Below are positions 12,232 through 25,164 of a stretch of 64,000 bases of DNA, one piece after another. The stretch spans positions 124,001 through 188,000 of the forward strand of contig CDLV01000019.1 in the NCBI GenBank assembly GCA_001244265.2, written 5' to 3'. Numbering within the stretch: the first letter of the stretch is position 1; each line of letters begins with the position of its first letter. The translations under genes and the position numbers were made by a program. Origin of the DNA: Microbotryum violaceum. Taxonomy: Eukaryota. The notes beneath the pieces were generated by a model. The model did not search any database. It worked only from the letters and a program-made list of their open reading frames with translations, and was not told where the DNA came from.

Positions 12232-13420
12232 TTAGCAGCGCCCAAAATCTATTTGACACTGAAATTGTGGTACACCCCTGATGACGCCACTTGCACGCTC
12301 GAGCTCCTCTCGCGACTCTGGGGTTTCCGTCCCATGCCCGGCACCGTTGGCAAATTTGACGGTTGGATCATGGAATTCAAAGCCATTGTGCAAGAGATCA
12401 TTGATACGAAGACGAATATCAATGATGTTCTTGCCACACTCCTCCTCGCCATTGCACACCCGTCCCTCGAGAGTTTCAAGGCCTCATTCACCACAAACAG
12501 CGCACGCAACGAACTCTCCCCGACATGCGAGTTCAACTCCGATCGATCTACGAACATCCCCGGCACGCAATTGGCCCTTCTTGCCTCATTGTCATCACGT
12601 TCTACCCGTCCCAAGTGTCTCGCCTGTTGCAGCCCTTCGCACCGTGTGGCGGAGTGCCCTACGAGGGCGCAACACCCGCCGCCAGGACCCTGTCGTACCT
12701 GCAAGAAGAAGGATCACTGGTCTCTTGACTGCGAGAAGGCTCTCGAGGACGGCAAAAAGCCCAACACCGCCGACTCGACCGTTGACTTGCCACACCATGT
12801 CGGATGTCTTGCCACCGGTCTTCTCGCTTGTTGTTGCCAGCTTTGCACCAACTCTTTTGTCGTTGACTTAGGCACCACCTTGCACATGGTCTCGGACAAG
12901 TCGCTGTTCACGACCTATCGCCACATCACTCCTACGAAGATTGGTAGTATTGCAGGAGGTATCAACGCCATGGGAACGAGAAACATCGCCTTCGTTGCCG
13001 CCTTGGGTCATCCAATCATGCTTACCGGCGTGCTGCACACTCCGGGCCTGCCTGTCAACCTTCTCTCGGTCTCACATCTCTGTGACAACGACAACGTCTG
13101 CGTCGCTTTCACCAAACACGGCATACACATTGACAAAGACGGCAACAACATTGCTGAAGGCGCTAGGCTCAACAAAGGGCTCTATTTGCTGGATGCTGAT
13201 CATTCCAAATGTCAGCACCTTGCTCTCCTTTCTCGCTCACAGACTTCCGTGCCCCAGCTGACTCTTCATTGCTACCTTGGCCATCTCGCACCGTCGTCCA
13301 TACAGAAGATGGTTGCCACCGGTTTGCTGGAGGGTCTCGGGGCCGGATATAGTGACGAAGAGGTAGAGAAGTTTGTCTGCAATGCTTGCCTCAGTGCCAA
13401 GGGCCATCGCTTGAAGCTTA
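12232..13420 (+). mobile_element. Copia gag-protease-preintegrase fragment
   Basis: Two CCHC knuckles ([28 protein letters not shown]), degenerate protease [17 protein letters not shown], and H.YLGH...CNAC. Confidence 0.9.
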
Positions 13421-13421
13421 C

Positions 13422-14384
13422 TTAGCCTCTAAGACCCAGGTTGTCACTATGAACCTTGAACACCAAGGGTCCAAGTGCCTTGGTGAAGATGTCGGCGACC
13501 ATGCTTTTGGTGTCCACATAGTCAACTTGAATGGTGCCCAGCCTGACCTGGTCGCATACAAAGTGCTCACAAATGCGAATGTGATGGGACCGGTGGTGAA
13601 GGGTGGGGTTCTTGGCGAGAGCAATGGCGCCTTGTTTGTCGCCGTACAGCTGGACAGGAGCTTGTGTGTCAATGCCCAGCTCCATAAGCAGTTCTTGGAG
13701 GTGACCGGCTTCCTTTGAGGCATGTGAGAGGGCAAGGTACTCAGTGTCTGTGGTGGAGTCGGCCACACGGTTTTGCACTTTGGAGGACCATGAGATGACA
13801 GATCCAGCCAGATGGAAGCTGTACCCTATGGTTGACCATGATGATGTGGTGCAGGTTCCCCAGTCTGCGTCAGAGTAGCCGGTAAATCCTGAGAACTTGC
13901 CTTGTTCGGAGCTGTAGTGCAGGCCTAGACTTGCAGTTCCATGTAAGTACCGGAAGATGGTCTTGATTTCCGTCCAGTGTTTGGGTGTTGGACTGGCAGA
14001 GAAGCGTGCAAGGTATCCAACAGCGTAGGAAATGTCCGGGCGAGTACCAGTGGCAGCGTACAGGATGCACCCAATGGCCTGCATGTACCTTGTTCTAGCA
14101 ATTTTCGATGGTTCCGCAAGCAATGTTTGAGCTGGTGGTTCGGAGCCATGGGTGTGGAGGCAGGGCTGCTGTTGGACATGCCAAATCTGCGGAGGGTGCT
14201 GGTTATGTAGGCCTCCTGTGACAGGATGATGGACTTGTCGGCCTGTCGTTTGATCTGGATCCCCAAGATGTACTGTGCTGGGCCAAGTCGCTTGATGCCC
14301 TACTTTTGCTCCAGGCCGTTGAGGATGTTCAATCTCGTCAACGTAAAGGGCAATGTAGTGATGGCGGTCGCCGTCACGTCGCAC
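13422..14384 (-). mobile_element. Copia RT C-terminus/RNase H fragment, tail-to-tail with the preceding fragment
   Basis: [40 protein letters not shown]. Confidence 0.95.
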
Positions 14385-14427
14385 ATATATGCAGTGGTCC
14401 TTTGCTGTGGCGCGGTAGTTGAGACTT

Positions 14428-15585
14428 CACTACCTCTTTTACCCTAACTAGTAAAAAAAATGTGTCAATCCGCGACCATGTACCTAGAATCACTGTTTTT
14501 GACTGTGTTGTGGCCCTCTGGGCCGCCTATAGTGAATGTTCCAGTACAGTATTGCGTCTGCCGCACCTGCCTGTCATATTGGCGTCCCAACCAGAAGTCA
14601 TGTACGACCCTTTTCGCATTTTCTGCACTATAAAAGTCGAGCTACAGCCCGAGGAAATTTTTTGTTGATTTTTGGCGGGGTGCCCAACTATTGAGCAGTT
14701 TGTGTGGGATTTAATGTATAGCAAGCGCGTGGGGGTTTGCATGACGCTTCTTCTACAGAGCTCAGGTGTGGTCCCGCTGTCTGTGCGGGCGCGGCTTACG
14801 CTGCCCGATGCGCCGTCAATCACGTGATGTACTGTTTACAATGCGACACGCTTTAGGGGCTGAACAACAACATGATCTTCCAGGGGTTGTAAATAGTCCC
14901 GCGATACTCTCTCTAATTATTTCCTTTCCCTCCCACTCATCGAATTTTTGTGACAACCGCGCCGAGTCTCTGGCGCAAGGATAGCGTACTGCTGTACCAT
15001 GGGAGACCATGGGCCTGCTCGAGCTTGCTCGAGCGCCTGCCGCTGAGCTGGCTGCTCAACTCTCCTCTTTGTCCCACTCCGATCAACAGAATCAGCTCCC
15101 CGCGCGTGATGACAACCACTTGACCGATCTTGGTATTACGACCCGTATAGCGTCCGCCGTACAGCTTTGTAGAACAAACAGCATGGTCAGCGCGAGGACC
15201 CGATGGCCGATCCGACGCTGAGCTCACCCCACCACCACCTGTTCCTGCGCAGAGGCAAGTGCGCAGGCCTTGAATCGAGCTCAAACCACTCAAGCCCCAC
15301 GTTCCCATCCGCGACTACCTCGGCCCCAGATGGCCTTGTGCCAATTATACAACAACGTGTTGTCATTTACTTCGCTCACTGCCCACTGGGACCAAACTCA
15401 TCTGGGCACGCTAGGAGCCCCCGTGTTTCACATGTTTGGTTGCCTCTACCATCGACTTGGTGCCCTGATCCCTGCCGTGAATCAACGCCCAGCCTTTGTT
15501 CAAACATGCCTGATCGACCCAGCCAAGGCCACCAACACTCGACTTGGACCCGACGGCGCAGACAGTTGCATGCAACAATCTACTT
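14428..15585 (+). mobile_element. Helitron 5' region and Rep N-terminal fragment
   Basis: YNNVLSFTSL...VFHMFGCLYHRLGALIP...PAFVQTCLIDP resembles the Helitron RepHel N-terminus. Homologous to 19020-20308, 30140-31649 and 47670-48287. Confidence 0.8.
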
Positions 15586-18500
15586 TGTCTAGAATCTTGG
15601 CGTCTGAATCGAGGCAGTTCAATATGTTAGAACGCTCAGTTAACTATTGCAATGATACCATGAATACTACTGACCTGATTTGAGGCGGTTCAATACATTA
15701 GAGCGCTCGAATCAGAAGGAAGCTAAGAGAAAGCCCGCACGCACGCGCTCATGTAGCCTGCAGAGTGTACTCCTCAAGTGTCAACTCAACACCCCCCCTC
15801 GCTCTAAGGCCTACATGATTCCCATCCCTATGGCCGCCCTGTGCTGCTCTAGTGCCGGGCTCCGGCAACGCATTTGTAAACATGTCGGCGAGCATCTTGG
15901 CGGTTGGAAGATATTTAACGACAATGTCACCTTCTTGTACCCGTTCTCAAACGAAATGCTCCGTCAGGCGTAGGTGCTTAGTTCAATTGTGGAACACCGG
16001 GTTCTTTGTAAGAGCTATTGCGCCTTGATTGTTGCCTTTCAGCTTGATCAGCCCACAAATTGTGATTCCCAATTCCGCGAGCAGATTTCTCAAGAACTGA
16101 CACTCTCAAGACGCATGAGTAAGGCCGATATATTCCGCTTCCGTTAATGATGTCGCCACTTGGCTCTGGACCCGAGAACTCCAAGAATTGGCCCGTCAGC
16201 CAGCTTGAAGGCATGCCCCATTGTAGATTGGGATGTGTTGATGCAGGAACCCCAGTCTGAATCCGAGTATCCCACATATCCAACCAACAAATCACGTTTC
16301 GCCTTGTAGACACTGCCGAGTTTGAGAGTTCCCTTGATGTAGCGTAGGATCTTCAGAACTGCCGCCCAATGGTTGCTGCCCGCCTTGTTCATGAATCTTG
16401 CCAAGTACAACACCAAGTATGCAAGATCAGGCCAAGTTGCAACGACGGCGTACATCAACAATCCAGTCGCCAACCTGTACTGCGTCTGTAACAATGGATC
16501 CGGCGTGTCGCAGGGTTTGAGCTGAAGACCCGGTTGCATTGGTATTACACCTTTGTTAGCATCTGCCATGCCAAACCTTGCAAGTACATCGAGCAAATAC
16601 TGTTGTTGCGACAACGCAATCCCGTCCACTTGATGAATTAGCTGGACGCTAAGGATGTACTCTGCATTGCAGAGACGTTTGACCCCGTACAATTGATCTA
16701 ATTCATTGAGCACGCAATCAATTTCGGATAAGTCGGGACCGATGAACAGCAAGTCGTCAACGTAAACCGCAATGTAATAATTGTCTTTGCCGAGTGTTCA
16801 ACGATAGACACACTCTTCGCTCCAAAGACAATTGTAACCAAGCTTGACGAGGGTCTTATGGATTGTCTTGTTCCATACCCGGCCGGCCTGCTTGAGACCG
16901 TAAATTGAGCGGTGTAACTTGAGACAGACATTGTTGGGCAGTCAGATTCCCTCCGGTACACGCATGTACAATTCCTCTTCAAGTTCGCCATGCAAATAGG
17001 CCTTGTCAATGTCCGCTTGGATGATATGGTAACCCCGGGCTGCCGCCAATGCGATGAGAGTACAAATTGAGACAAACTTTGCTGTTGGTGCAAACATCTC
17101 TTTGAAGTCAATTCCCGTTGTGTGAAGCCTCGTGCAACAAGTCAAGCTTTGTACAAAGTCGGCCGACCATCCTTGTCACGTTTTGTTGGGAAAACAAACT
17201 TCAACCCGAGAACCTTGGCGCCGGCGGGAAGCTCATCTCGTTTCATAATCGTAAAGACTGAGTAATCATCATGCAATGACTCGAACTCATTGATTGCACC
17301 TTGCGCCCATTTGTGAGACTTGTGGTGGGCCATGGCTGCCTTCCAAGTCGTGGGATCACTAGTTGGCAGAACAAACGGACCGTCCTCCTTGTTGGAATTG
17401 GCAATGGCTGCGAAGGCCTCCGGTTCAAAACGCTCGGGTGCCCTACGATCCCGCTTTCCAACCGGTGCTGCCCAAGCAGGTCTGGGAGCTTCAAAACGCA
17501 GCTCCTTTGGTACATCTTCCACAACTGGTCCGCGTTGCTTGGCGGGGTCAACGTCGTCAACCAAATTTTCCTCCCGGGCGTGTACCTCGACCTCCGGGGC
17601 CGCGGCAATCAGCTGTTGCTCAGCTTCATGGCAATTTGTCGCGACTGGTCGAGGTACGACTACTTTGATCGCCTCACGTGTTGGTGTCCTCGGTGCTGGC
17701 ACGCCTTCACAGGCCGGGAACTTGTCCTCGAAGAATGTCGCACTTCGCAATAACGTTAACCGCGCCCTCACCGGGTCCCATAGGCGTTAGGCTTTGGATT
17801 CTAGGTCGTATCCGAGGAAGATCATTGGAAGGCCCCGTGGCTGGAGCTTCATACGTTGTTTGGTATTCGCCGTGTGCCAAGCTCGACATCCGAAGACCCG
17901 TAAGTGATGAACGTGAGCAGGTTTCCCGGTCCATTCCCAAAATGGCACCTTGCCACCAAGGGCAGAGTGTGGGGAACAATTCTTCACATACTTGTATGTA
18001 GCCACGGCTTTGGCCCAAAACACCATGGGCAGACCGGATTCATACAGCATCGTTCGAGCTGTTTCCGAAATTGAGTGGTTGGCCCTTTCGGCGACACCGT
18101 TTTGCTTGGGCGTGCTGGAGATTGTGAGTTGTTGCAACAAACCCGTGTCGTCCAACCATTGCTTGAACTCCGTCGAAAGGAACTCGCCACCGCGGTCCGA
18201 ACGGACAACTTTCAAAGTGTGCCCTGACGACAGCTCGACCCCTAGTTTCCACGTTTTGAACCTTTCAGAGGAGTCCAACTTCCGCGGCATTGTCAAGACT
18301 CACATGTACCGCGTACAATCGTTGACAATAACTAGCGCGTAGCGATGGTTTGCAAGTGACAGCTCGCCGTCAAAGGACAGAAGATCAATGTGGATAAGAT
18401 CGAGGGGTTTTCCGGCTCGCGATTCGGAGTTTGGGAACAGGTTGTGTGTAGCTTTGCCAGCCAGACACGATTTGCATTTGAAGTCACTGCGAGACTTCAT

Positions 18501-19020
18501 GTTCAACCTATCACAGCGTCAGACTTGGACAGATGGTGAAGGGAACGGCAGTGCAGATGAGCAAAATGTCCGTGCCAGATGTGAAGAGGCACTGCTGTCA
18601 GAGCTGTGGCTGACGCACAGTCAAGGGGTGCACTTTGACCTCGAACCAACTTAAGTTCCAGACCGTACAACCCTGAATTGAGCTTCTGTCCCGTGAGTAG
18701 GATGTCGCCATTTCCCGCCACCATGAATTGCCCGTTTTGAATGGTGATCTTGCGCCTATCACAATTGGCTCAATGCCCGGCAAAGAGGTTGACGGGGGCA
18801 CTAGGGACAAAGATGCTGTTGACCAAATTGTACCTCTTGCTATTTTTGTCTTCAACGCAGGCCATGCCTACTCCCATAATGGTCTTTCCCTCACCATTGA
18901 TGCCCTTTAACAAAGACGGAGCTGTTGCCTTCAGGTCAGCAAACGCGGCAGGATCATTGATGACATGATGAGTCACTGCCGTGTTGTAGAGGATCATTTC
19001 TTGAGAGTGTCCCTTTGGTA
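15586..19020 (-). mobile_element. Copia element, 5'-truncated: protease, integrase, RT, RNase H, PPT and 3' LTR (~15586-15791)
   Basis: VRSDRGGEF...QNGVAERAN (integrase), [10 protein letters not shown] (RT), GYSDSDW (RNase H). Purine run immediately before TGTTGAG at 15791. Integrase precedes RT, the Copia order. Confidence 0.93.
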
Positions 19021-20308
19021 ATTGCGTGAAGAATGCGCGAACGGAGTCTCGGCCTGGTGGTAGGCAGAGGTGCAGGACCCACTCTTTGGCCGTATCCCAA
19101 CCCGCGCGGGCTTTGGCCGATGCAAACTCCCTCGCAAAGCAATTGCCGGTGCGCAACATGGACTGGAGCTTGGTCAGCGTTGATCTTTGTATGTGAGTCT
19201 CTGCGCTGTTGGGTCCTTGAAGTCATGTGTTGGTGGCCTCGGCCGGGTCGATCAGCCATGTCTGGACAAAGGCTGGGTGTTGATTCACGGCAGGGATCAG
19301 GGCACCGAGTCAATGATAGAGGCGACCAAACACGCAAAACACGGGAGGTCCTATAGTGTCCACTTGAGTTTGGTCCCAGCAGTGGGCAGCGAGCGAAGTA
19401 AAGGACAGTGCGTTATTGTAAGACCGAGCATTCTGGCGAAATGCTTTAGCGTCTGTGTAGGTGCATTGCACAGTTCAGCATGTGGGCCATACTGCAGAGA
19501 GATGTGTAAGGCGCCGCTCCGCTTACGCCTCACGATGACCTCAAGTTGACCTCTGCGGCCTCACGCTTGCCCTCGCATGCGGCGCCGCCGCGTCTCTTGA
19601 CCTTAGTCCTTTTAGTAGTCTTTCTTCGCTTGCAAATTACACCATTTGATCCTCTCAGTTTGGACTCAGAACCAGTGAGGCTCGAGAGCAATCTCGTGCC
19701 TTTCAAGATGTTGTTGGACGGAGCAACTGACCACTATCCGAGCCTTCAAGAAGCTGCCAATACTCGAGATTGGGCTAGGGAGGGGGAGGTAGCCGCACCT
19801 TGCCCTGCGAGCAGCACGCGCTGAAGTGTCTGGTTGACTTGGACCTTTCGCACTCCCAGTGCCGAGCCTTGCAGTGGGTGCACACGGCCGTGCGGGCCGA
19901 GGTTGTCGCATATTGAAACGTGGGGCTTGAGGGGTTTGAGCGCAATTCGAGCCCGGCGCACCCGCCTTTGCGGAGGAGGTGGTGGTGGGGCGAGCCCAGC
20001 GTCAAGTTGGCCATTGCGCTGACCACGCTGCACGGCAGGTTCGTATATGTGTCACAATGGCAAGATCGATTGCATTGTTGTCATGACGCGCGGGGGGCGG
20101 TTTCTGTTGATCGGCGCGGGACGAAGAGGAGGGTCGAGCCGCGGGGCGCCCATGGATGCCACAGGCAGGTGCGGCAGACACAACAGTATGCTGGTACATC
20201 CACCACAGGCGGCCCTTCCACAGGCGGCCCGAAGGGCCGCAACCGACTCAAAAATAGTGATCTTAGGTGCATTCCTTAACTCACCTTTTATTTGTAAAGA
20301 GGTAGTAA
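19020..20308 (-). mobile_element. Helitron 5'/N-terminal fragment
   Basis: VCTHCKARHWECE...FSACCSQGKVRLPPP is the typical Helitron N-terminal Cys motif. Confidence 0.85.
19505..19705 (+). mobile_element. Solo LTR family C, TG..CA, TSD AGATG
   Basis: AGATG at 19500-19504 and 19706-19710. Absent from the homologous Helitron at ~30555. Second copy at 51559-51756. Confidence 0.9.
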
Positions 20309-20577
20309 CTTCTGGCGCGCGTACCACAAGCTGATGGGCACTCAGCTCGCCATGTCTACATCATTCCACCGAGCGCACCAATAAGACCACCATTCAGGCC
20401 TTGCGAGCCGTGGTCAACCACCAGCAGAATGATTGGGTCCGACATCTGGGTAACATCAAATTTGCAATCAACGCCAGTGTCAATGCCTCGACAAAGAAGT
20501 TGCCGTTTGAAGTGGTGCTAGGCTTGTTGCCAACATCTCTCAATTGACCCAACCTGCCCGAAGTGCCTGCAGCAAAA

Positions 20578-20944
20578 TGTGAAGAGTCCACTCTCAGCTC
20601 GACAGGGGCGCCTCGGGCGTTGCACGCGCCCGCTAGCCCGCCCCCCTGCGGTGAGGACTTAGACGCGCGCCGGCGCCGGCGGATTCGGGTGCGCGCCCGC
20701 TAGCGCGCCCCCCTGCGGTGGGGACTTAGACGCGAGCGACTGCCTCGGCGCGCCAGCGATTTGACCTGCGGCTGGGCCTATCCCAGCGCGGGCCCCCTTT
20801 CTGTTTCTTAGCTTCCTTCTCATCACTTCTGTTCGACTCTCAACTTCTCCTGACAGTAGTGGTGATCGTCTCATAGGTACGCTGGAATAGATCACTTCTG
20901 TTTGACTCTCAACTTCTCCTGACAGTAGTAGTGATCATCTCATA
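20578..20944 (+). mobile_element. Solo LTR family A with TSD CAAAA
   Basis: CAAAA at 20573-20577 and 20945-20949. Interrupts the Gypsy integrase tail. Confidence 0.9.
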
Positions 20945-21706
20945 CAAAAGACCTGATAGCAGAGCGGAAGGCAGTACTGGTGGAGGTGCAGGATGCGTTG
21001 GCTGCGGCCAAGGTACGACAAGTGGAGCAGGTTAATCGGCATCGCCAGCCAGAACCGGAAATTGCGGTGGAAGATCTTGTTATGGTGGATACCCGTGGCC
21101 ATCGACTTCAATCTAAGACGGAACAACGCAAATCCGCCAAGCTTTTTGATCGCTTTGAAGGACCCTACAAGGTTCTTGCCACCAATGTTGCCACCTCCAA
21201 TTACACGCTCCAGCTAAATGAGGGTGACCGATCACATCCTCCATTCCACGTGAGCAAACTTTGATCTTACCGAGCCAACGACCCAAGTGTAAGGCCCGTG
21301 CGCCTGACCCTTAGGAGAAGAGACGCGCGCCTGGGCACTCTTAGTCTCTCCTCAGCGACTAACGTAGAGTGTCCAGGTGAGCCCAAGTGTATCAGAAGGC
21401 ATTGTCATTGACCTGCTTGAACTATTGTCCCAGCCGCGCGCCACGTCGCCCGTGGCCGCCATCGCGCCCGTCAACGAAGACGAACAACTCCGCCTTGCCG
21501 CGCTCGACCGGCGCCTGCGCGCCGCTTACACTGATCGCTTCCCTGACAAAATTCCACCGGTTGCCACCTACCAATCCCCGGTGCAACACCATATCAAGCT
21601 TGACACCCGCGTACTGTGATCAACCTGCGCGGCTATCCGGTCGCCAAATGCCACCGCCAGGCATGGTACCTGCTGCTTCAAAAGCACCTCGCAACATCAG
21701 CAAAAT

Positions 21707-21980
21707 GGCCACGCGCGCGAACCCGCTTAAGGATTCGCCCGAGATTATGCGCGCTTAACGGTGCATAAGGACGCATACGCGCATAAGAGGGCTTACGGAC
21801 TGCTTTGTGTATGCAAACAAAGCGCGACTTAAGTGCGCCGTAAGAGTCCCTTATCTAGGGTACGCTTAAGCAACACTTAACGCGCACGCGGCTTAACGAG
21901 TGGTTAAGGGCGCTTAACAGCAGCTCTAGGCCACTTAATGACTGCTTTACAAGGTTTCGCGCACTTACGCGCGTTTGGCC
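21707..21980. mobile_element. MITE with GGCCA..CGCGCG TIRs, apparent 2-bp AT TSD and many CTTAA/TTAAG subrepeats
   Basis: AT|GGCCACGCGCG ... CGCGCGTTTGGCC|AT interrupts the Gypsy pre-RT reading frame just before RPSRSPY. Confidence 0.65.
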
Positions 21981-24379
21981 ATCTTCGCCCCTCACGTTCG
22001 CCATACGTGTTGCCAGCGTTTGTCATAGTCAAGATTCCAACTTGAAGCTTGGACCTTTCCATTTCCAACTGCCTTGTTTCACTCTATCATCAACTCCTCT
22101 TTAACTGTTGTCTTCCATCAGACGGTCTTTGCCAAGATCTCCAAACAACTCCTTTCCGCTGTGTCCCATCCGTCCATGACGGACAGGGAAACCCGGCACT
22201 TCGGATATCTTTTCTGCCTTTGTATCAAGTCACTCTTGGTAGCTCTTCCTCCTTCTTCTTCTTCAGTTGCAATATTCTCGTTACTCTGTGCTCCATCACA
22301 CTCGATCAGATCATCACCACCCATCCTCGTACTCCATCATCCAACTCCGTAGTCAACAAAGTGCTATCTGCATTGCCTCTCTTCATAGGGGTTTGTAAGA
22401 TAAACTTCCAACGGTTTCCCTTCCTCTTCATCCTCATCCCCCATCTGGTCTTGACTCTGACAGCATTCATCATACCCAAGAAGGGCTCGAATGTGGACCC
22501 CACCATTGCACCGCAATGGGTGAATGACTGCCCCCACCTCAATTGGCACACCACCAAGGACCGCACACCCTTGCCCCTGGCTGATGACATCCTGTCGACG
22601 TGCTCCAAAGCGCAGTTCTGGGCCAAGATTGACATGACTAACTCCTTCTTTCAGACCAAGATGGCGGAAGAGGATATAGCAAAGACCGCTGTTGCGACAC
22701 ATTGGGGGTTGTACAAATGGACGGCCATGCCCATGGGACTCTGCAATGCGCCCGCCACCCCGGGCCACCAGCGCCGTGTCAACGATGCCCTGCACGGATT
22801 GATCGGCACCATCTGTTTTGTCTACCTTGACGACAGCAGCGCATGGTCATCTCGCGATGCCAGGGGCCGTGGCTTGACACCTTGACCAAATTCAATTACG
22901 ACCTCCAGTATCTCCCAGGCAGGGAGAACATCGTAGCCGATGCAATGAGTAGGTACTCCTTTCCCGAGCCACTTCCCGTCATTGTGGCCAACATTTCGCA
23001 ACTCTCGCTCTCGGATGTCGTCAAGCAGCAAATTGTCGACGCGTACAAAACCGACGCATTCTGCCAGCAAGCTCTAAAAAACATCGCGTCGGTTGCATCG
23101 GAGTTCAAGAATATTGACGCATTGCTGTATTTACGGGGCCGGCTTGTCATCCCACTACTAGCCCCGCTCCGTGAGTCCATCCTTCACGATGCTCAGGACG
23201 CGCTGGGGCACCTAGGTGATGTAAAAACGTACCAGACTGTTATACAGACGTACTTTTGGCCAAATATGTCCCGTCACGTCAAGCAATACGTGCAACAATG
23301 CGACTCATGTCAACAAACAAAGGCCCGTACCACTCGCGTCGCGGGCAAGCTTCACACCCTTCCCGTTCCAGTGCGCCCCATGGCGGACATCGCCGTGGAC
23401 TTTGTGGACTGTTGCCAACAAACAAGGGGTTTGACCGGGTTTTGACGATCACCAATCAACTGTCAGGATATGTCCGCCTCCTTCCTGCGCGCGAAGCCGA
23501 CACAGCGGCAGATGTTGCCAACCGCTTTCATGAGGGGTGGCATCGTTTTTTTGGCCTGCCCCAACGCATTGTCTTGGATCGTAACAACTTGTTCACGAGC
23601 AAATTCTGGTCCGCCCTGCACAAGCATCTGAACATCAACCTGCAACTTTCCTCAGCGATCCACCCCGAGACTGACGGGCGCAGCGAGAAGACGAACAAAA
23701 TCGCATTCCAGATCCTCCGCTCGCTTGTCAACAGGAAACAATCCAATTGGGTTGAATGTCTCACCGCTTGTGGGTATGCCATCAGCTCGTCGGTCAACGT
23801 TTCGACGGGGAAGACCCCATTTGAGCTTGTCCTGGGGTACACACCCACCCTCACCCCGCTTGCCCCTATTGATGGCGACAAGGAGCTCCCATCGGTTGAG
23901 GAGCTGCTCGCACTTTGCTTCCAGTCATGCGAGGAGGCACGAGACCAACTCGCTGTGTCCAAAGTTTGTCAAGCCGCCCAAGCCAACAAGGACCGCGCAG
24001 ACGAACCTTCACGGGGAAGACTCAATATTTGGTCTCGTGGGTTTCATGGCCGTCGGATAGCGATTCATGGGAGCCTGCCGAGGCACTGGAGGCCACGGAG
24101 GCATTGGACCGCTGGGAACATCGGAACGAGGAATGAGACTTTTTTTTCTTTCAGAGGGAAGCCTTGTGTCAAGGAGGGGAGAGTGTAAGGCAAGACCTTA
24201 CGATGGGCCACAGGCATTAGAAATAGAGATTGCGCGCGCCTAGCTTCTCAGTCAGCTCTCTCTTCATCGAGCTGACACCAGGAGCTAGGTGAGTACTGAT
24301 GTTCCCTATCTCATCGAGCTCCCACCAGAAGCTAGTTGTAATCCATATAACTTGCACCTGTCATCTTTGGTCACCAGTG

Positions 24380-24600
24380 AGGCTCCGCTGTCCGAGACAG
24401 CGTGCCTTTCAGGCGTTGCACGCTGCAAAATTCAAAGTGGGATGTCCCGTCATGCTCCTCAGAAACTTGGACCCCGCCAGGGGGTTGTGCAACGGCACAA
24501 GACTGTTGTTAACTCGGTTACACCCGCTTGCTCGAAGCCATCATTCTCACAGGGGATCATGCTGGACAGCCCATTTTGTTGCCACAGATCACACTGAAGA
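24380..24600 (+). mobile_element. Helitron PIF1-helicase fragment
   Basis: [26 protein letters not shown]. Confidence 0.85.
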
Positions 24601-25164
24601 CAAGGCCATCAGCCAGTACCACAGCTGTTGCAACAGCGTACATCACATTGCAGCGGGTCAACGGATTCCGCGCACCACCGAATTTAGTCTATCTTCAAAC
24701 GACTAAATGAATCTGTCGAGCCAGACAAAGAACGTCAAAGTACGGGAGATTGGTTTGAGATTTCCCTATGGGAAATCCGCGCAACCGCGGGCACGCAGAT
24801 CCAACTTTGGCTACAATCAAGCCAAAGTTGACCGCAATGTAATTGCGGTTGCGCGGATTTACCAAACGCGAGTGGCAAAATTGCTGATGAAGTTGGAAGG
24901 AGTGGCAGGCAGCCGAGGAGGTCTGTGCGGTGTTGGTGCGAGCGCAAGAGCGTACAAATGGAATTTGAGTGGCCTGGTCCCGGAAGCCCAAACTTAGGTT
25001 TCTTCCTCATGTTTGGCTCTGCATTGGATCAGGTGTGTACCCGCATTTTCATGACTCACAGTGTCTGATCTATCCTGCCATTTGGCTCTGCATTGGATCA
25101 GTCTATTGTTCAACTAACAGTACAATCAAACATGCTCAATACTTGATGATCACAGGAAAGTAAG

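Larger units (their letters stand above)
20340..24360 (+). mobile_element. Nested Gypsy/chromovirus fragments: integrase tail, RT, integrase, chromodomain, PPT and 3' LTR starting at 24184
   Basis: [28 protein letters not shown]...GHLG...CDSCQ; HPETDGRSE; YLVSW...DSWEP (chromodomain); AAGGAGGGGAGAG|TGTAAGG. Confidence 0.9.

Noticed and set aside
22030-22470. Insert in the Gypsy RT giving a hydrophobic 278-aa ORF
   Set aside because: No termini, TSD or motif could be identified. The ORF is a chimera of filler and RT.
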